From Mytilus edulis (taxonomy: Eukaryota), in the NCBI RefSeq assembly GCF_963676685.1, contig NC_092352.1, positions 67,642,001 through 67,706,000 on the forward strand: 64,000 nt of DNA, read 5' to 3'. A program made the position numbers and the translations under genes. Below, piece after piece: positions 39,720 through 51,326 of this stretch (within the stretch, counting starts at the first letter, position 1; the number at the start of each line of letters is the position of its first letter). The notes under the pieces were generated by a model. It worked only from the letters and a program-made list of their open reading frames with translations. It did not search any database and had not been told where the DNA came from.

Positions 39720-39786
39720 CTTAGCAGCTAAAATACTATACTGCTTTAAAACAACTCCTAGTTGGCTCGAATATTTGTCGAATAAT
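39720..39786 (-). CDS. Cadherin membrane-adjacent domain exon (QLFDKYSSQLGVVLKQYSILAAK)
   Basis: tttcag| and |gtactt, phase 2 to 0. Confidence 0.85.
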
Positions 39787-39998
39787 CTGAAAAATAAGAA
39801 CACACATTTGAAAAGAAAGCTTTTTTTGGAATAATATACATCATAATTGCTATATATATTAAAATTATCAAATTTCATACATGTTGTGTTTTCTGAAAAT
39901 ACACGACTTAAAAAAATCTTTCAGTTGATATTATCATTTCCTTTTCCATTATATTGAATCAATGTGACACACTCTGATTTCTTGTTATCTCATATTAT

Positions 39999-40840
39999 AC
40001 AGTTATTTAATATATAACTATGCAATGGATCAAAACATATTTCCCGAAGTATGAAGATCAGCTCAATGGTCTATGGCTGAGGGCAAAAGAACAATGAGCT
40101 GATCTTCATACAGAGGGAAATATATTTTGATCTATTGCACTGTTACACATTAATAACTGTTTTATTACCTAATACATTCTGAGTCCGTTCTTACAAACTC
40201 TAAGAAATAAAACACATGAAAGTAGCAACTGTATTAATTATAATGTGTAAGGAGCATACATGTACAACGAATACTTTAGATATTCAATAAAACGGACATG
40301 AAATCAGAGTAATTTAAATTACAAGAAATTATAAAAGTCTCCATCATCAAAATTTGCAAACCGCTCCATCGCGGAAGTTATTTGCAGACAATCAAAACAA
40401 AAAACTTAAGAACGGTTAAACCAAATTTGATTGGACAACATGAATAACTTTCAACTAATCAGATTTCAGAATAAGAGGTCATAACAGGTCAGTGCAATAG
40501 ACTTCACACAGTTGCAATAGAATGATAATTTCAAGTGCAATAGACCATGGAACAAAAAATGGCAGAAAAATAGCAATTAATATAGAAATATTAATAAAAT
40601 AGTTAAGGGGGTAGAACTTGGTTCAGGGAGATAACACTTTAAATCAGTTATGCGTTTGTAAAAGTCAAGTTTGGTCAATGAATTTTAAGCATTTACCTGA
40701 AACAGATTGGAAATAATCTATGTATCCTAGAAACTTAGAACATATTTATGAAAATGGCTGACACAAACGTACTGATGATTTTAAGAGTTATTTCCCTTAA
40801 CCTAGGTCTACCTCCTTAAATACTCTTTATTAGGTAATAA
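39999..40840. mobile_element. Crypton-like non-autonomous element with a ~160-bp terminal hairpin
   Basis: Hairpin 39999-40160; inverted pair ttattacctaata (40162) / tattaggtaataa (40828). Family assignment is from memory. Confidence 0.55.
40607..40815. mobile_element. ~210 bp MITE with TTAA duplication (Kolobok-like)
   Basis: ttaa|gggggtaga...tctacctcc|ttaa. Confidence 0.8.
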
Positions 40841-41556
40841 CAGTTACTATATTCTAGGGATCTTTCTTAACCGTAATTATAGTAAACAATGTCATTACTG
40901 ACTAAAATATAAAGTAATATGACTCCACAAAATGAAAAAAATCGAAAGTATTTAGAATCATTGCATATTTGATAAAATTTTCAATTTCAAAAAACCCAAA
41001 CGTTTTGAACTTTACTGAGAAATTTTCAAAGTTCTCTATTTTTTTCTAATATTGTATTGTGTTATTGTTCATAATTTTGCAATAAATAAATGCATACATA
41101 TACGCATGTCATCGTCCTTATTTCATATAAAACACAACATTATAATAATGAACTGGTAACAAAGACATATCGATCCTAAATTATATTGTCAGTGGTTAAC
41201 TTCTTTCAAACTACATATACTTCCCCGTTTAAGGTCGAAATATTACTTATGTGTTTTTAAAGACACAAATAGCACCACTAGCCCTATATTTCGAATGATT
41301 TTGTCACATTTTTTCACCTTTTGATAATTTGATTTATAATGCTTTGCAATTTTGTTAATGATTTGTGTCTCCAACTACTCGAATTGAGCGGTATTGTTGA
41401 GTTTTAAGTTTAATCAACATAAAAAACTTTTTTCTGTTACATAACGCAATCAAGTTATGCTTTTGGTGGTGTCCCGAGTATAACATCATTTAAATGATTA
41501 ATTTAATTGTTCCCATAAACATTTTCATATTACTTTATATCAAATGGTTAACTTAC

Positions 41557-41625
41557 TGAATGGCGTCTTTTGCGCTAAGAATTGTTCCTGTTTTCGGATC
41601 AGCAACATGGAAATCCAGATACGTG
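41557..41625 (-). CDS. Cadherin membrane-adjacent domain exon (STYLDFHVADPKTGTILSAKDAI)
   Basis: tttcag| and |gtaagt, phase 2 to 2. Confidence 0.88.
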
Positions 41626-42566
41626 CTGAAAATATCGCAGAAAGAAAATTTTGAAATTACATAGAGGGATTCAGTGTCAATACATATTACAACATGCACC
41701 ATTTTTTGTAAAGGTAGAGAATATTTGTGCTATATCATTAATTTAAACTACTCTAAAATTGGCATTGCTTACAGCGATCGTAATAGTACTAATTGAAATA
41801 AACTGCATTTCAGTAAAACCGACACTTATCATGCTGAGAGTAAAGAGTTAATTGTTATCGTTAAAGGTAGTATGGAGTATTATCAAAAGAAATTCTTACT
41901 ACAAGATAAAAATCGTATGAATATTTTCAATTGCCACAAATGTCCAAGTTTTCTGCATAAAGTGATTAAAGTTTTGACCAATCATTCATGACGACAACAG
42001 TAATTGCAAAGACGATATGCACCAATCAAAGCACAATTATGTCAAGGTATATAAATTTATTATTTTTGTATCTAACATGTATATATTAACTGTACATCTT
42101 AATATTTTCTTTTTGAAATCACAAATGAGGTCACTTTCGAGTTTATTGCATTTCTGTCAAAAGTTTTGGGTTTAGTGATCATCATTCATACGTTGATTGA
42201 CATCGTCACTTCCTTCCCACGTTGAGTGAACGGTTGAGAAAATACAATGCTGTATTGCACGAATTATTTTGCAAAAAGACTTCTTATAAAATCAGAACCA
42301 GAAGTGCTGTCATTAGGGAATTGTGAGTAAATACTTATGAGAAACAAACATTATTTCAAGTTTATCATAGATAATGACGAATATAAAGACGCCGAATGAA
42401 CTTTAATAGTGCAGGGATACATGCGAACCCTATCTTGCAAATGACGCATAAAGGCACGCATAATTGTCGAATTTTTCAGGTGAAGAACATAACTCGAAAG
42501 GAATCTTTTCAATATATATGGTTTGTCCGATAGCCAAATATAAATATAACTAATTCTGCAGTTTAC

Positions 42567-42641
42567 CTTTGAAAGGTTCCCGTGTTAAAAGGACGAATTC
42601 CATCAGCGGTAAAGTTTTGTCTAGTTAACTGGGTAAGAATT
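42567..42641 (-). CDS. Cadherin membrane-adjacent domain exon (GILTQLTRQNFTADGIRPFNTGTFQ)
   Basis: tttcag| and |gtaaac, phase 2 to 2. Confidence 0.86.
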
Positions 42642-43136
42642 CTGAAACAGAAAGATATAAATTCATTTAATATCTTCAGTCAGTAAAGCAATAGAAATGA
42701 AAGTGAGTATAGATATATGAATAGTCTTGATTAAGAAGAAATTATTTTTTCTATTCCAATACAAATGCTACAGTGAAGAAATCAAAGGAGATGCTATTTT
42801 CAAAACAAGTCTGTCCCTTATTTAGAAGAAACGGATATCAAAAACAAAATTAGATGAGGTGATTGATTGATTTTTTTTAATTGAAGGTAGTTTTATTTGC
42901 TAACTATTGATGAACTGCTTGAATACCTATATTAAACGAAAGAAACCTTTCCGCATTGTCGAATAGATAAAATCATATAAGATGTTTTCTTCAGTGGAAT
43001 ATTTAATTGAGAGGAGGTGTGATCCAGTAGTTTTATTCCAAAAAGTAGATAACTATACATTTCGATTTCCTAAAATTTTAAAAATCTTCATTGAAGTAAA
43101 AATATTGCAAAACACCAGCGTGTTTGGTTAACATAC

Positions 43137-43225
43137 CCCATCAACTTTGCTTTAATGCTTTGTACATATTCCTTATTACCATTGATCAATATCGATCCTG
43201 TCTGATAGTCAGAGATGATGTAAAT
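43137..43225 (-). CDS. Cadherin exon (IYIISDYQTGSILINGNKEYVQSIKAKLM), end of last EC and start of membrane-adjacent domain
   Basis: tttcag| and |gtatgt, phase 0 to 2. Confidence 0.88.
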
Positions 43226-43414
43226 CTGAAATGATAAATCCTAATATGAAAAAATGACTAAAATATAATTTTAATTAAAGAAAAAATGACGTTGATCCGT
43301 TTCTGACTAGTTAATTAGTTTATAAACCCATAGTTGATTGAACTGGTGAGTCTGACTTTCCCTACCATCCATTATGAATTCTATTAAGTGTTTTTCAATA
43401 GTGAAAAAGAGTAT

Positions 43415-46400
43415 TAGTACGGTGACCAAGTAAGTAAAAGTCGCTTATTTAAGGAGTTTAATCGTCATTCGGACTATACGGCTGTAAATCACAGTATTGG
43501 TAGTTCAAAGGTTACACTTCACATTTTGACTTGTCGTCAGAAAATCGTACGGTGCAATTTTTGTAAAATGGGCTTTGAAGTTCGTTCCCTTACTTTAAAG
43601 AAAAAAATACTTTCAAAAGATTTTTGGCCTACATTCTAAAAGAACATTCGGGATATGATTTTTGTTATTATATACATTGTTGTAACACATTATTTTAACA
43701 ATTTCAAACAAAGTTTAGCAAAATTAATCCGTTATTGAGGATTTTTTGTAAAAATTGAATACTACGAATATTTTGCATTTAATAGAGTACGTTTCAATTC
43801 ATTTTCATCATTTATTTTTACGCAAAATGTAAAATAAACAACATTTATATGATAATTGAAACCTTTATTGAACAACACTTTCAAAATCATTTATCTCTGA
43901 AGCATTATTTCAACTTGTGCATCGAAACAAAATATACACTACAAATTGAGATACAGGTTTTCCACTTGAAATTCGACTTGTAAAAAAAATTGAACCGGAC
44001 CGATACTATTATTTTAATCTTTAAATGATATTTTGTATCACAACGACTTTTCATTGCTAACATTTGTTCAATTCGATTTTTTTTTTGATAGTTTATGGTC
44101 CCATTTCGTGTTGGTTATCGTGTTTTTTTTATGTCTTTTTAAAAGATTTCATTTTTTCGTATGTTTATTTGATATGGGTTTTTTTCTTTTTATACATTTC
44201 AAAAATTAAGAACCAAGTCTGAATTTGGACATGTAGTTATCTGGAAAATGTTTGAACTAGGAAGTCCTTTACGATTAGGTTCTAGTAGTTAAAAAAGGCA
44301 ACACATGGCTTTTAATTTCGAAAACTGTATCGGTATGACAGAGAATAAGTATTGAATCAGTCACCTCCTTTACTGTAAAGAGTAAACGTTGCTTCTTAAG
44401 TTCTGTTGAAACATTAATTGATGGAATCTGCCAGCAATGTGTTGTATGGGTCGTTTGTTGAACCTGATTTGGTGAACCAATTCAATTCTGATGCCTCGTG
44501 TGCATTTCCCTACCTTCTTTTGGCCCATCACTCACAACTTACACCAGTATGAGAGGTGGTATGGCATTGCTTAAATGTATTGATGATAACAAAAAAGCAA
44601 AAAAAATGGTGACCTTGCAGGTGACTATTATAAAATATGACCCAATGCTTTTTGCTAGCGCACACATAGCAGACATATTTTTACCGCTACGACATGAAAA
44701 GCTCAATAAAGTTGTCTGTTGAAAAGGAAAGCCGCACAAAGAGTACACCTTCAACCAAAGTGTATCAGATTATTGAAGGGAGAAGGATACTGACTGGAAG
44801 AAGTTTCTTTCTGTTAAAGAAAACCAACAGGCTCTCCCTAATTTCTTTGGTAGTTTTTCTTTTTTAAAACTATGACAAATCCCCTATGATTCCACCTTAT
44901 AGTGAGCTTTACTCAGCTGGAACGTTTGTAAATCCGAAATTGTCGAAGTTATTTCAGACAATAATGTTAATGACTGTTGTAACTTGCTTAGCACTCACCA
45001 AGGACCAATACTCGTATGATAATTAATGCCTTATACTTTGACATGAAGTTAACAGAAAAGAGAAAGAGCGACAGAATAATCCTAAGGACCTCTGATACGG
45101 GTGTGATTGTTCTGTGTGTTCACTACTGCAAACAAATGACACATGAATGCAAGATGTAGGCGCAGCTGGATGTGTACGGATTGCTAGTTTAGTCTTGTAC
45201 ATGAATGATTTATTAGTTGTTGGTGGCTTTGAACTAGCTGTCAGATAACTGCAAGTACTCTGAGATCTGTTCCTAGTGTCTTTTTGTTGTTTGGATGTAC
45301 AAGTACCCGGCTACGTCCAATTGTATTTTTGTCCATCTGATGAGTTAAGCCTTTTTCAACTGATTTTTATAGTTCGTTATTATATTGTACTGTTATACCA
45401 CTGTCCCAGGTTAGGGGGAAGGGTTGGGATCCCGCTAATATGTTTAACCCCGCCATATTATTTATGTATGTGCCTGTCCCAAGTCAGGCGCTTGTAATTC
45501 AATGGTTGTCGTTTGTTTATGTGTTACATTTTTGTTTTTCGTTCATTTTTTTATATAAATGAGGCCGTTAGTTTTATCGTTTGAATTGTTTTTACAAAAG
45601 ACTTGAAAGGACACACACGACTATTGTAGTTACAGAATTTTGGGAGTACTGACGAAGATGAAGCCCTTGTTTGTGTAAGAATTTAGTTTCGATCTAAATC
45701 ATTCCATCACGATATTAATAAAATTCGCGTCAAGCTTGCCACCAGTAAAAAAGTATGTTTAGTCAGGTTACCTCTCTGTGAAGCGGAAATTTTGACCGCA
45801 TAAAACATTGCTAAACCCCCTGTTTCGTCACCTTTACAATACGGTTGGCGAAAACTAATTATTTCATTACACCCCGTTTATTTTAAAGGGCATATGTCAG
45901 CAGAATTCTTGCAGGATCTTTTGTGTTCATGTTAGGGAAAATCTTCATGTGAAAAGTGTTTGTTCACAACAAAACCTTACATGTACGGATCTTTGCTCCT
46001 TTCAAGGGTAAGAATTATGTAGAAATTCCTTGACAGATGAATCAGAAGATACACCTAGATGAAATCTGTTTTCTGATCATTTTGATTGGATTTTTTAATG
46101 TTCTTCGAGCTAATTAGTAGTTTTTGGTTGCAATGAATTACATGCATGAGCTTTTTCAAAATAAACATACAGGATAGAAGGCTTTACTTGAAAACAACAT
46201 TTATCTTTTATTGCTGAGGTTGAATGTCACCCGGCAAGGTAACTACTGTAACTTTAACGGAATTTGTATTGATCTTGTATAATAGATGAAAACAGTATGT
46301 TGATCTTTGACCTTAATTTATGCAAAACTGTTACCACATTTCTATTTGACGACATCGATTTTCCAAAAGTACTCATTTTTCCGAATCCAATGATATATGA

Positions 46401-46462
46401 TATAGCCATATAGTATGTTTGACGATTAAATTTTAAAAATATTGGGTCTGGTCACCGTACTA
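43415..46462 (+). mobile_element. Academ-type DNA transposon, internally deleted and pseudogenised
   Basis: TIRs tagtacggtgacca / tggtcaccgtacta (TAG..CTA), 3-bp TSD TAT; frameshifted remnants DWKKFLSVKENQ, (D)TRMIINA..RTSDTGVIVLC (XPG/PIN-like) and RLP..PLQYGW..LLCSC..C..CTDLC (Cys-rich finger); another repeat nested at ~45180-45595. Confidence 0.82.
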
Positions 46463-46828
46463 TATGTAATACCCGATTGTTTAATTTTCATTTTTAAAAA
46501 TATTTGAATATTAAAGCATTATAATAATGAACTCGGAATTGTTGTGGAATCCATGTTTTTATGATAATTAACTGATTTAAATTTCAGTTACCCATTAATG
46601 AGTGATTGAAAGCTTATATGTGTTTTACATGTTCATTGTTATTCATTGGTCTTAATCCAATCGAGGCGTCTAATTTAAAAACAGTCTTCAACTTTTCTAT
46701 TTCGACATTAATTAAAGGTTTATTTCCAACCACTGGGTCAATGCCACTGCTGGTGGAGTTATAATTCCCCGAGGGAATTACCTTCCCTTCGTACATTATT
46801 TGCCCTGTTTAACTTTTTTTGGTTTCGA

Positions 46829-46871
46829 GCGTCACTGATGAGTCTTTGTAGACGAAACGCGCGTCTGGCGT
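46829..46871 (+). ncRNA. Minimal type I hammerhead ribozyme with intact core, in a deleted retrozyme monomer (~46727-46910)
   Basis: GCGUCA CUGAUGA GUCU-uugu-AGAC GAA ACGCGCGU C UGGCGU; flanks match the 15106-16206 unit. Confidence 0.86.
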
Positions 46872-47290
46872 AAATACAAAATATCCTGGCATCTACGATT
46901 AGTTTGTTCACACCAAATATACCAGGTTTCTTATCAAACTATCGCCTTCAATTATTTGAGTAGTATGTCCCATTGTTGTATGTTGTCCCATTCTCGACTG
47001 ATTAATTCTAAATATCTAAATGGAAGTTATTCCAATTTTATCATTATCTAGTCTTGAAAAAAAGTAATTAAAATTATTGTACATGGCTAAAAATAGTATC
47101 ATTAAAATAAATTTAACTAACTTAATACATAATCGGTTCGCTAATTCCCTGTTAGTCCTAAAATTGTGTTTAACACAACCCAGCTACCACGACTAAAAAC
47201 AATGTTCTGAATCAGTATCATGCACATTTCTGTTAATTGATATAAAAGCGAACACTTTTAGCTTGTATTAGCTGTACATTGTTTACATAC

Positions 47291-47578
47291 CCTAAGCACT
47301 GTTGTACTGTTCCCTGCAGCATCCTTTACAATTAATGGAATGTTTATATAACCTTTCATATTTTCTTCAAGTTGTATATTAGTATTAACTGTCCCGTTGC
47401 CCGTCACACAAATTGGTGTTTTTTCGTTACTTCCTGTGCACGCCTTTATCTTGTTTGTGTTCAATAACTCTTGTATCTTTTGTCCTAACTGGTCACCACT
47501 GGAGTAAGTTAATTTACCATTCATCTTAAACTGATGAACGGAATATTGCTCTGAATCTGGATCGGGTTTAACGCTTTC
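47291..47578 (-). CDS. Cadherin exon: atypical last EC repeat (ESVKPDPDSEQY...KGYINIPLIVKDAAGNSTTVLR)
   Basis: tttcag| and |gtatgt, 288 nt, phase 0 to 0. Confidence 0.9.
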
Positions 47579-47942
47579 CTGAAAAAGAATGAAAAAAGAA
47601 CACTTTGTTATATTTGGAGTTACAAGATGTGTCTTTTCTTAAGATTAAATAAATATACACTTGGTACGTAAATAAATAATCTGAAAGACTAACGTCATTA
47701 GTTTTCTTCATCTCTTTCACCTGTTTTCAGTTACTTATTATCATTATGCTGCTACGAAAGAGTCCGTTTGGACATATGAAATTTTTTAGTATGAATTCAT
47801 GTTACTAAATCATAGTTTAAAAAAAACCCCAAACCAATCAGACATAAACTCGGATATACTAAAACAATAAAGATTTAATCAATACAAAGGTTACCGTTAC
47901 TACATGCAATATTATGTGTCGCATAAGATCAAGTTTACTTGC

Positions 47943-48259
47943 CTTCAAATCATATATAAATGCTTCAGTTTTTCCAGTTGTGATAGTCCTCCTGACACCA
48001 ATACTGATAAAGCTACTTCTAAATATTGGTTTGTTATCATTCTGGTCCAATATTTTGATATTGACTGTTGTTGTAGTCGAATTATTTTGTGTAAATATGG
48101 AATCATAACATTGATCACTTGCGTTAGTTCCACTCGCATCGACAGCTTCTATTACAAGGGATACCATTGCATTTGTGGTGTTTTCCCTATCCAATTCTTT
48201 GATAATCTTGATTATACCATCCTTAAGGTCAATTGTAAAAGATCCACTATCATCTTGTT
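47943..48259 (-). CDS. Cadherin exon (QDDSGSFTIDLKDGIIKIIKELDREN...ILDQNDNKPIF...IYDLK), GC donor
   Basis: ttccag| acceptor, phase 1; LDRE and DxNDNxPxF motifs; aag|gcaagt donor keeps frame. Confidence 0.9.
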
Positions 48260-48340
48260 CTGGAAAATAAACCCAAACAAACTATGTTTTCTTATTTTAC
48301 TTTTTATTACCAGTATTGTTAGCGGTCACTATAATATATA

Positions 48341-49199
48341 ATATAATTGTTTCATTACATGATGTGATTTTGTTATTTCGTAATGATGATTTGTCTATTC
48401 TTTATATGGTTTTAACATTACGTAATGATGTTTCAAAATTTGACCATTTTACACTACTTGATGTGTTTGTTTCATTATTTTATGTGGTATTGTCATTCTT
48501 CGATGTGGTCCTGTCATTCTTTGATGTGGTTATCCCATTACTTGATGAGGTAAAGCCACGTGACCAATTCGGAAAAACCTGTTCTGTATTTAGATAGATT
48601 TCTATGTTGTATGACTGTGCCTTTATGCATTAGGCCATACATCTAATTAGACTATTCAAACTAGAGTTCGGGTTACTGTTTAAGTTAAACTTTGAGTGAG
48701 TTTTCGAATGAAAGTCATACTTATAATTAAAGTTCTAGTTAGAATTGATTTTCGAATTGGACTGCGAGTTTGAGTCACATTTAAAGGCAGAGTTCTAGTT
48801 ACAACTTTGAATTTGAGTCACTTCTTGAGGTAGAGTTTGAGTTGGATTCGAATTTAAGTCTCATTTAGAAATTATTAAGATTTCGAGTTGAAATTCAAGC
48901 TATGTTATATGTCTCTTTGAGTTCGTAATTAAATTTTCTATCGCGGAACAAGGGCTTTTGCTTGGGCTTCCGAAAAGAGGGCTCCGGGATATGCGTACTT
49001 AATAAACAATGTTGCAGTACACAAAACGCAACATAGGAGTTGAAATAAAGTTTGATGTGGTGTGATTGCCTATGAGACAACTGTCCACCAGAGTTTAAAT
49101 GCAGTGGATGTAAGAAATCATATATCGGCAACCGTACAGCCTTCAAAAATCCGTATAGTCAGCTACAAAAAGGCGACCATGCACTATGTGAAAAAAATT
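48341..49199 (-). repeat. Long inverted repeat, left arm
   Basis: Reverse complement of 50222-51083 with scattered mismatches. Confidence 0.92.
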
Positions 49200-50221
49200 C
49201 AAACGACTTGGGTCAGGTACATGAAGAAAGTGCACATGGCGGAGTTTAACATGTATGTGAGAGAACATCGAACTGTAACAGTAGTGTAACAGCACAACAC
49301 GAGAAAAAATGTAAACTAGACAAATCGATGCCCCCGCACTCCTCTCATTGAACCGCTTGTACCCCAAAAAGGACAAAGTTCAATTATTTTTCTCCCATAA
49401 GAGGAAAAATAATGAAAAGAAAAAACCCTGACCACATGCACACCATCAATACATGTAAAAACAGCTAGCAGAGTGATAAATTCCTAGCATTCAATTTGTA
49501 GGAGGAGTTATCTGGAAACGCCCTACTTATGCAAGTAAATTTCCCAAAAATAACAAAGTTCAACTTTCTCCCGAAGAGCACATATTAATAAAAATTAAAC
49601 CCTGACCACATACAGCACTTCTTCAACATGTATGTACAAACAGACAGTAAGGAGAAAACTCATTTTGGGACCTTTTATAGCTTACTATGGGGTATGGGTT
49701 TTGCTCATTGTTGAAAACCATAAAGTTTTGTTTTAGTAAAATAAAACCGAATTAAACTGTTTTGACCTGATAAATTTATTACCTCCATGAAGTGTTTTAA
49801 AACTTGTATAGGAGTTTTTCTTCAATATCTAGAAAAAAGCATCTACAGAAAAACATCTTTTTTATATTTTTTGATCGATGAATGTACAGCTCATCAACAT
49901 TACGCTTTTACACTGAAAGCAGCAATATCAGGCGAGACACAGCGTTCCGTGGACTTTTTTTAAAAATTTATTATAATACTGCTTCTATTTGAAAACTTAT
50001 AGATCAAATAACAGGACTAAGTGGTTTGCGGATATCCCAATTATGTCCGAAATACTGTAAAATGTTTAGGATTTTATTTTTTTTTATTATTGTCTGCCGT
50101 TCCCTTTTTTCATACCAAATAACTCTGAACAACCACTCGAACTTTAATTTGATTTTTAACTTTGGCGATACCCATCCAAAGCACATTAAACAAACGACAT
50201 ATTGAAATATGTTAAAAAATA

Positions 50222-51083
50222 GATTTTTTTCACATTGTGCATGGTGGCCTTTTGTAGCTGACTATACGGAGTGTTGAAGGCCGTACGGTTGCCGGTATAT
50301 GATTTGTTACATCCACTGCATATAAGTAAAACTCTGGTGGATAGTTGTCTCATTGGCAATCACACCACATCTAACTTTATTTCAACTCCTATGTTGCGTT
50401 TTGTATACTGCAACATTGTTTATTTAGTACGCATATCCCGGAGTCCACTTTTCGGAAACCCGAGCAAAAGCCCTTGTTCCCGGCGATAGAAAATTTAATT
50501 ACGAACTCAAAAAAACACATGAAATTGCTCCAATTTCAGCTCGAAATCTTAATTGATAAAAATTAGACTTAAATTCGAATCCTACTCAAACTCTACCTCA
50601 AGAAGTAACTCAAATTCAAAGTTGTAACTAGAACTCTTGCTGCCTTTAAATGTAACTCGAAGTCCAACTCGAAACTCAATGCTAACTAGAACTTTAATTA
50701 TAAGTATGTATTGACTTGAATTCGAAAACTAACTAAAAGTTTAACTCAAACAGTAACCCGAACTTTAATTTGAACACTAATTAGATGGATGGCCAAACGC
50801 ATTCAAGGCACATACAATATGGAAATCTATCTAAAAATAGAACAGGTTTTTCAGAATTGGTCACGTGGTTTTACCTCATCAAGTAATGGGATAACCACAT
50901 CAAAGAATGACAGGACCACATCAAAGAATGACAAGACCACATCAAATAATGAAACAAACACATCAAGTAGTGTAAAATGGTCAAATTATGAAACATCATT
51001 ACGTAATGTTAAAACCATATAAAGAATAGACAAATCATCATTACGAAATAACAAAACCACATCATGTAATGAAACAACTACAT
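50222..51083 (+). repeat. Long inverted repeat, right arm (its 21-bp degenerate array continues to ~51325)
   Basis: Pairs with 48341-49199; contains aaagaatgacaggaccacatc-type 21-mers. Confidence 0.92.
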
Positions 51084-51326
51084 TGCGTTAAATCACATAC
51101 ACATCAAGTCATGGTAAAACCACATTGACTTATGACACAACCATATTAAATAATGGTGAAACCACATCGAGTAATGACAAAACTATATTGAGTAATGACA
51201 AAACTATATCAAGTCAATACGAAATCATATCGTGTAATATCGAAATACTAGTATCATTAAGTAATGACTATTCATATTGAGTTATATTAAAACATCATTA
51301 CGTAATGTCAAAACCATATCAAATAA

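Noticed and set aside
48316-51022. Paired ORFs (93/77 aa and 83/72 aa) including a TTSKNDx heptad repeat
   Set aside because: By-products of the inverted repeat and its 21-bp array; frames differ between arms and there are no splice signals.
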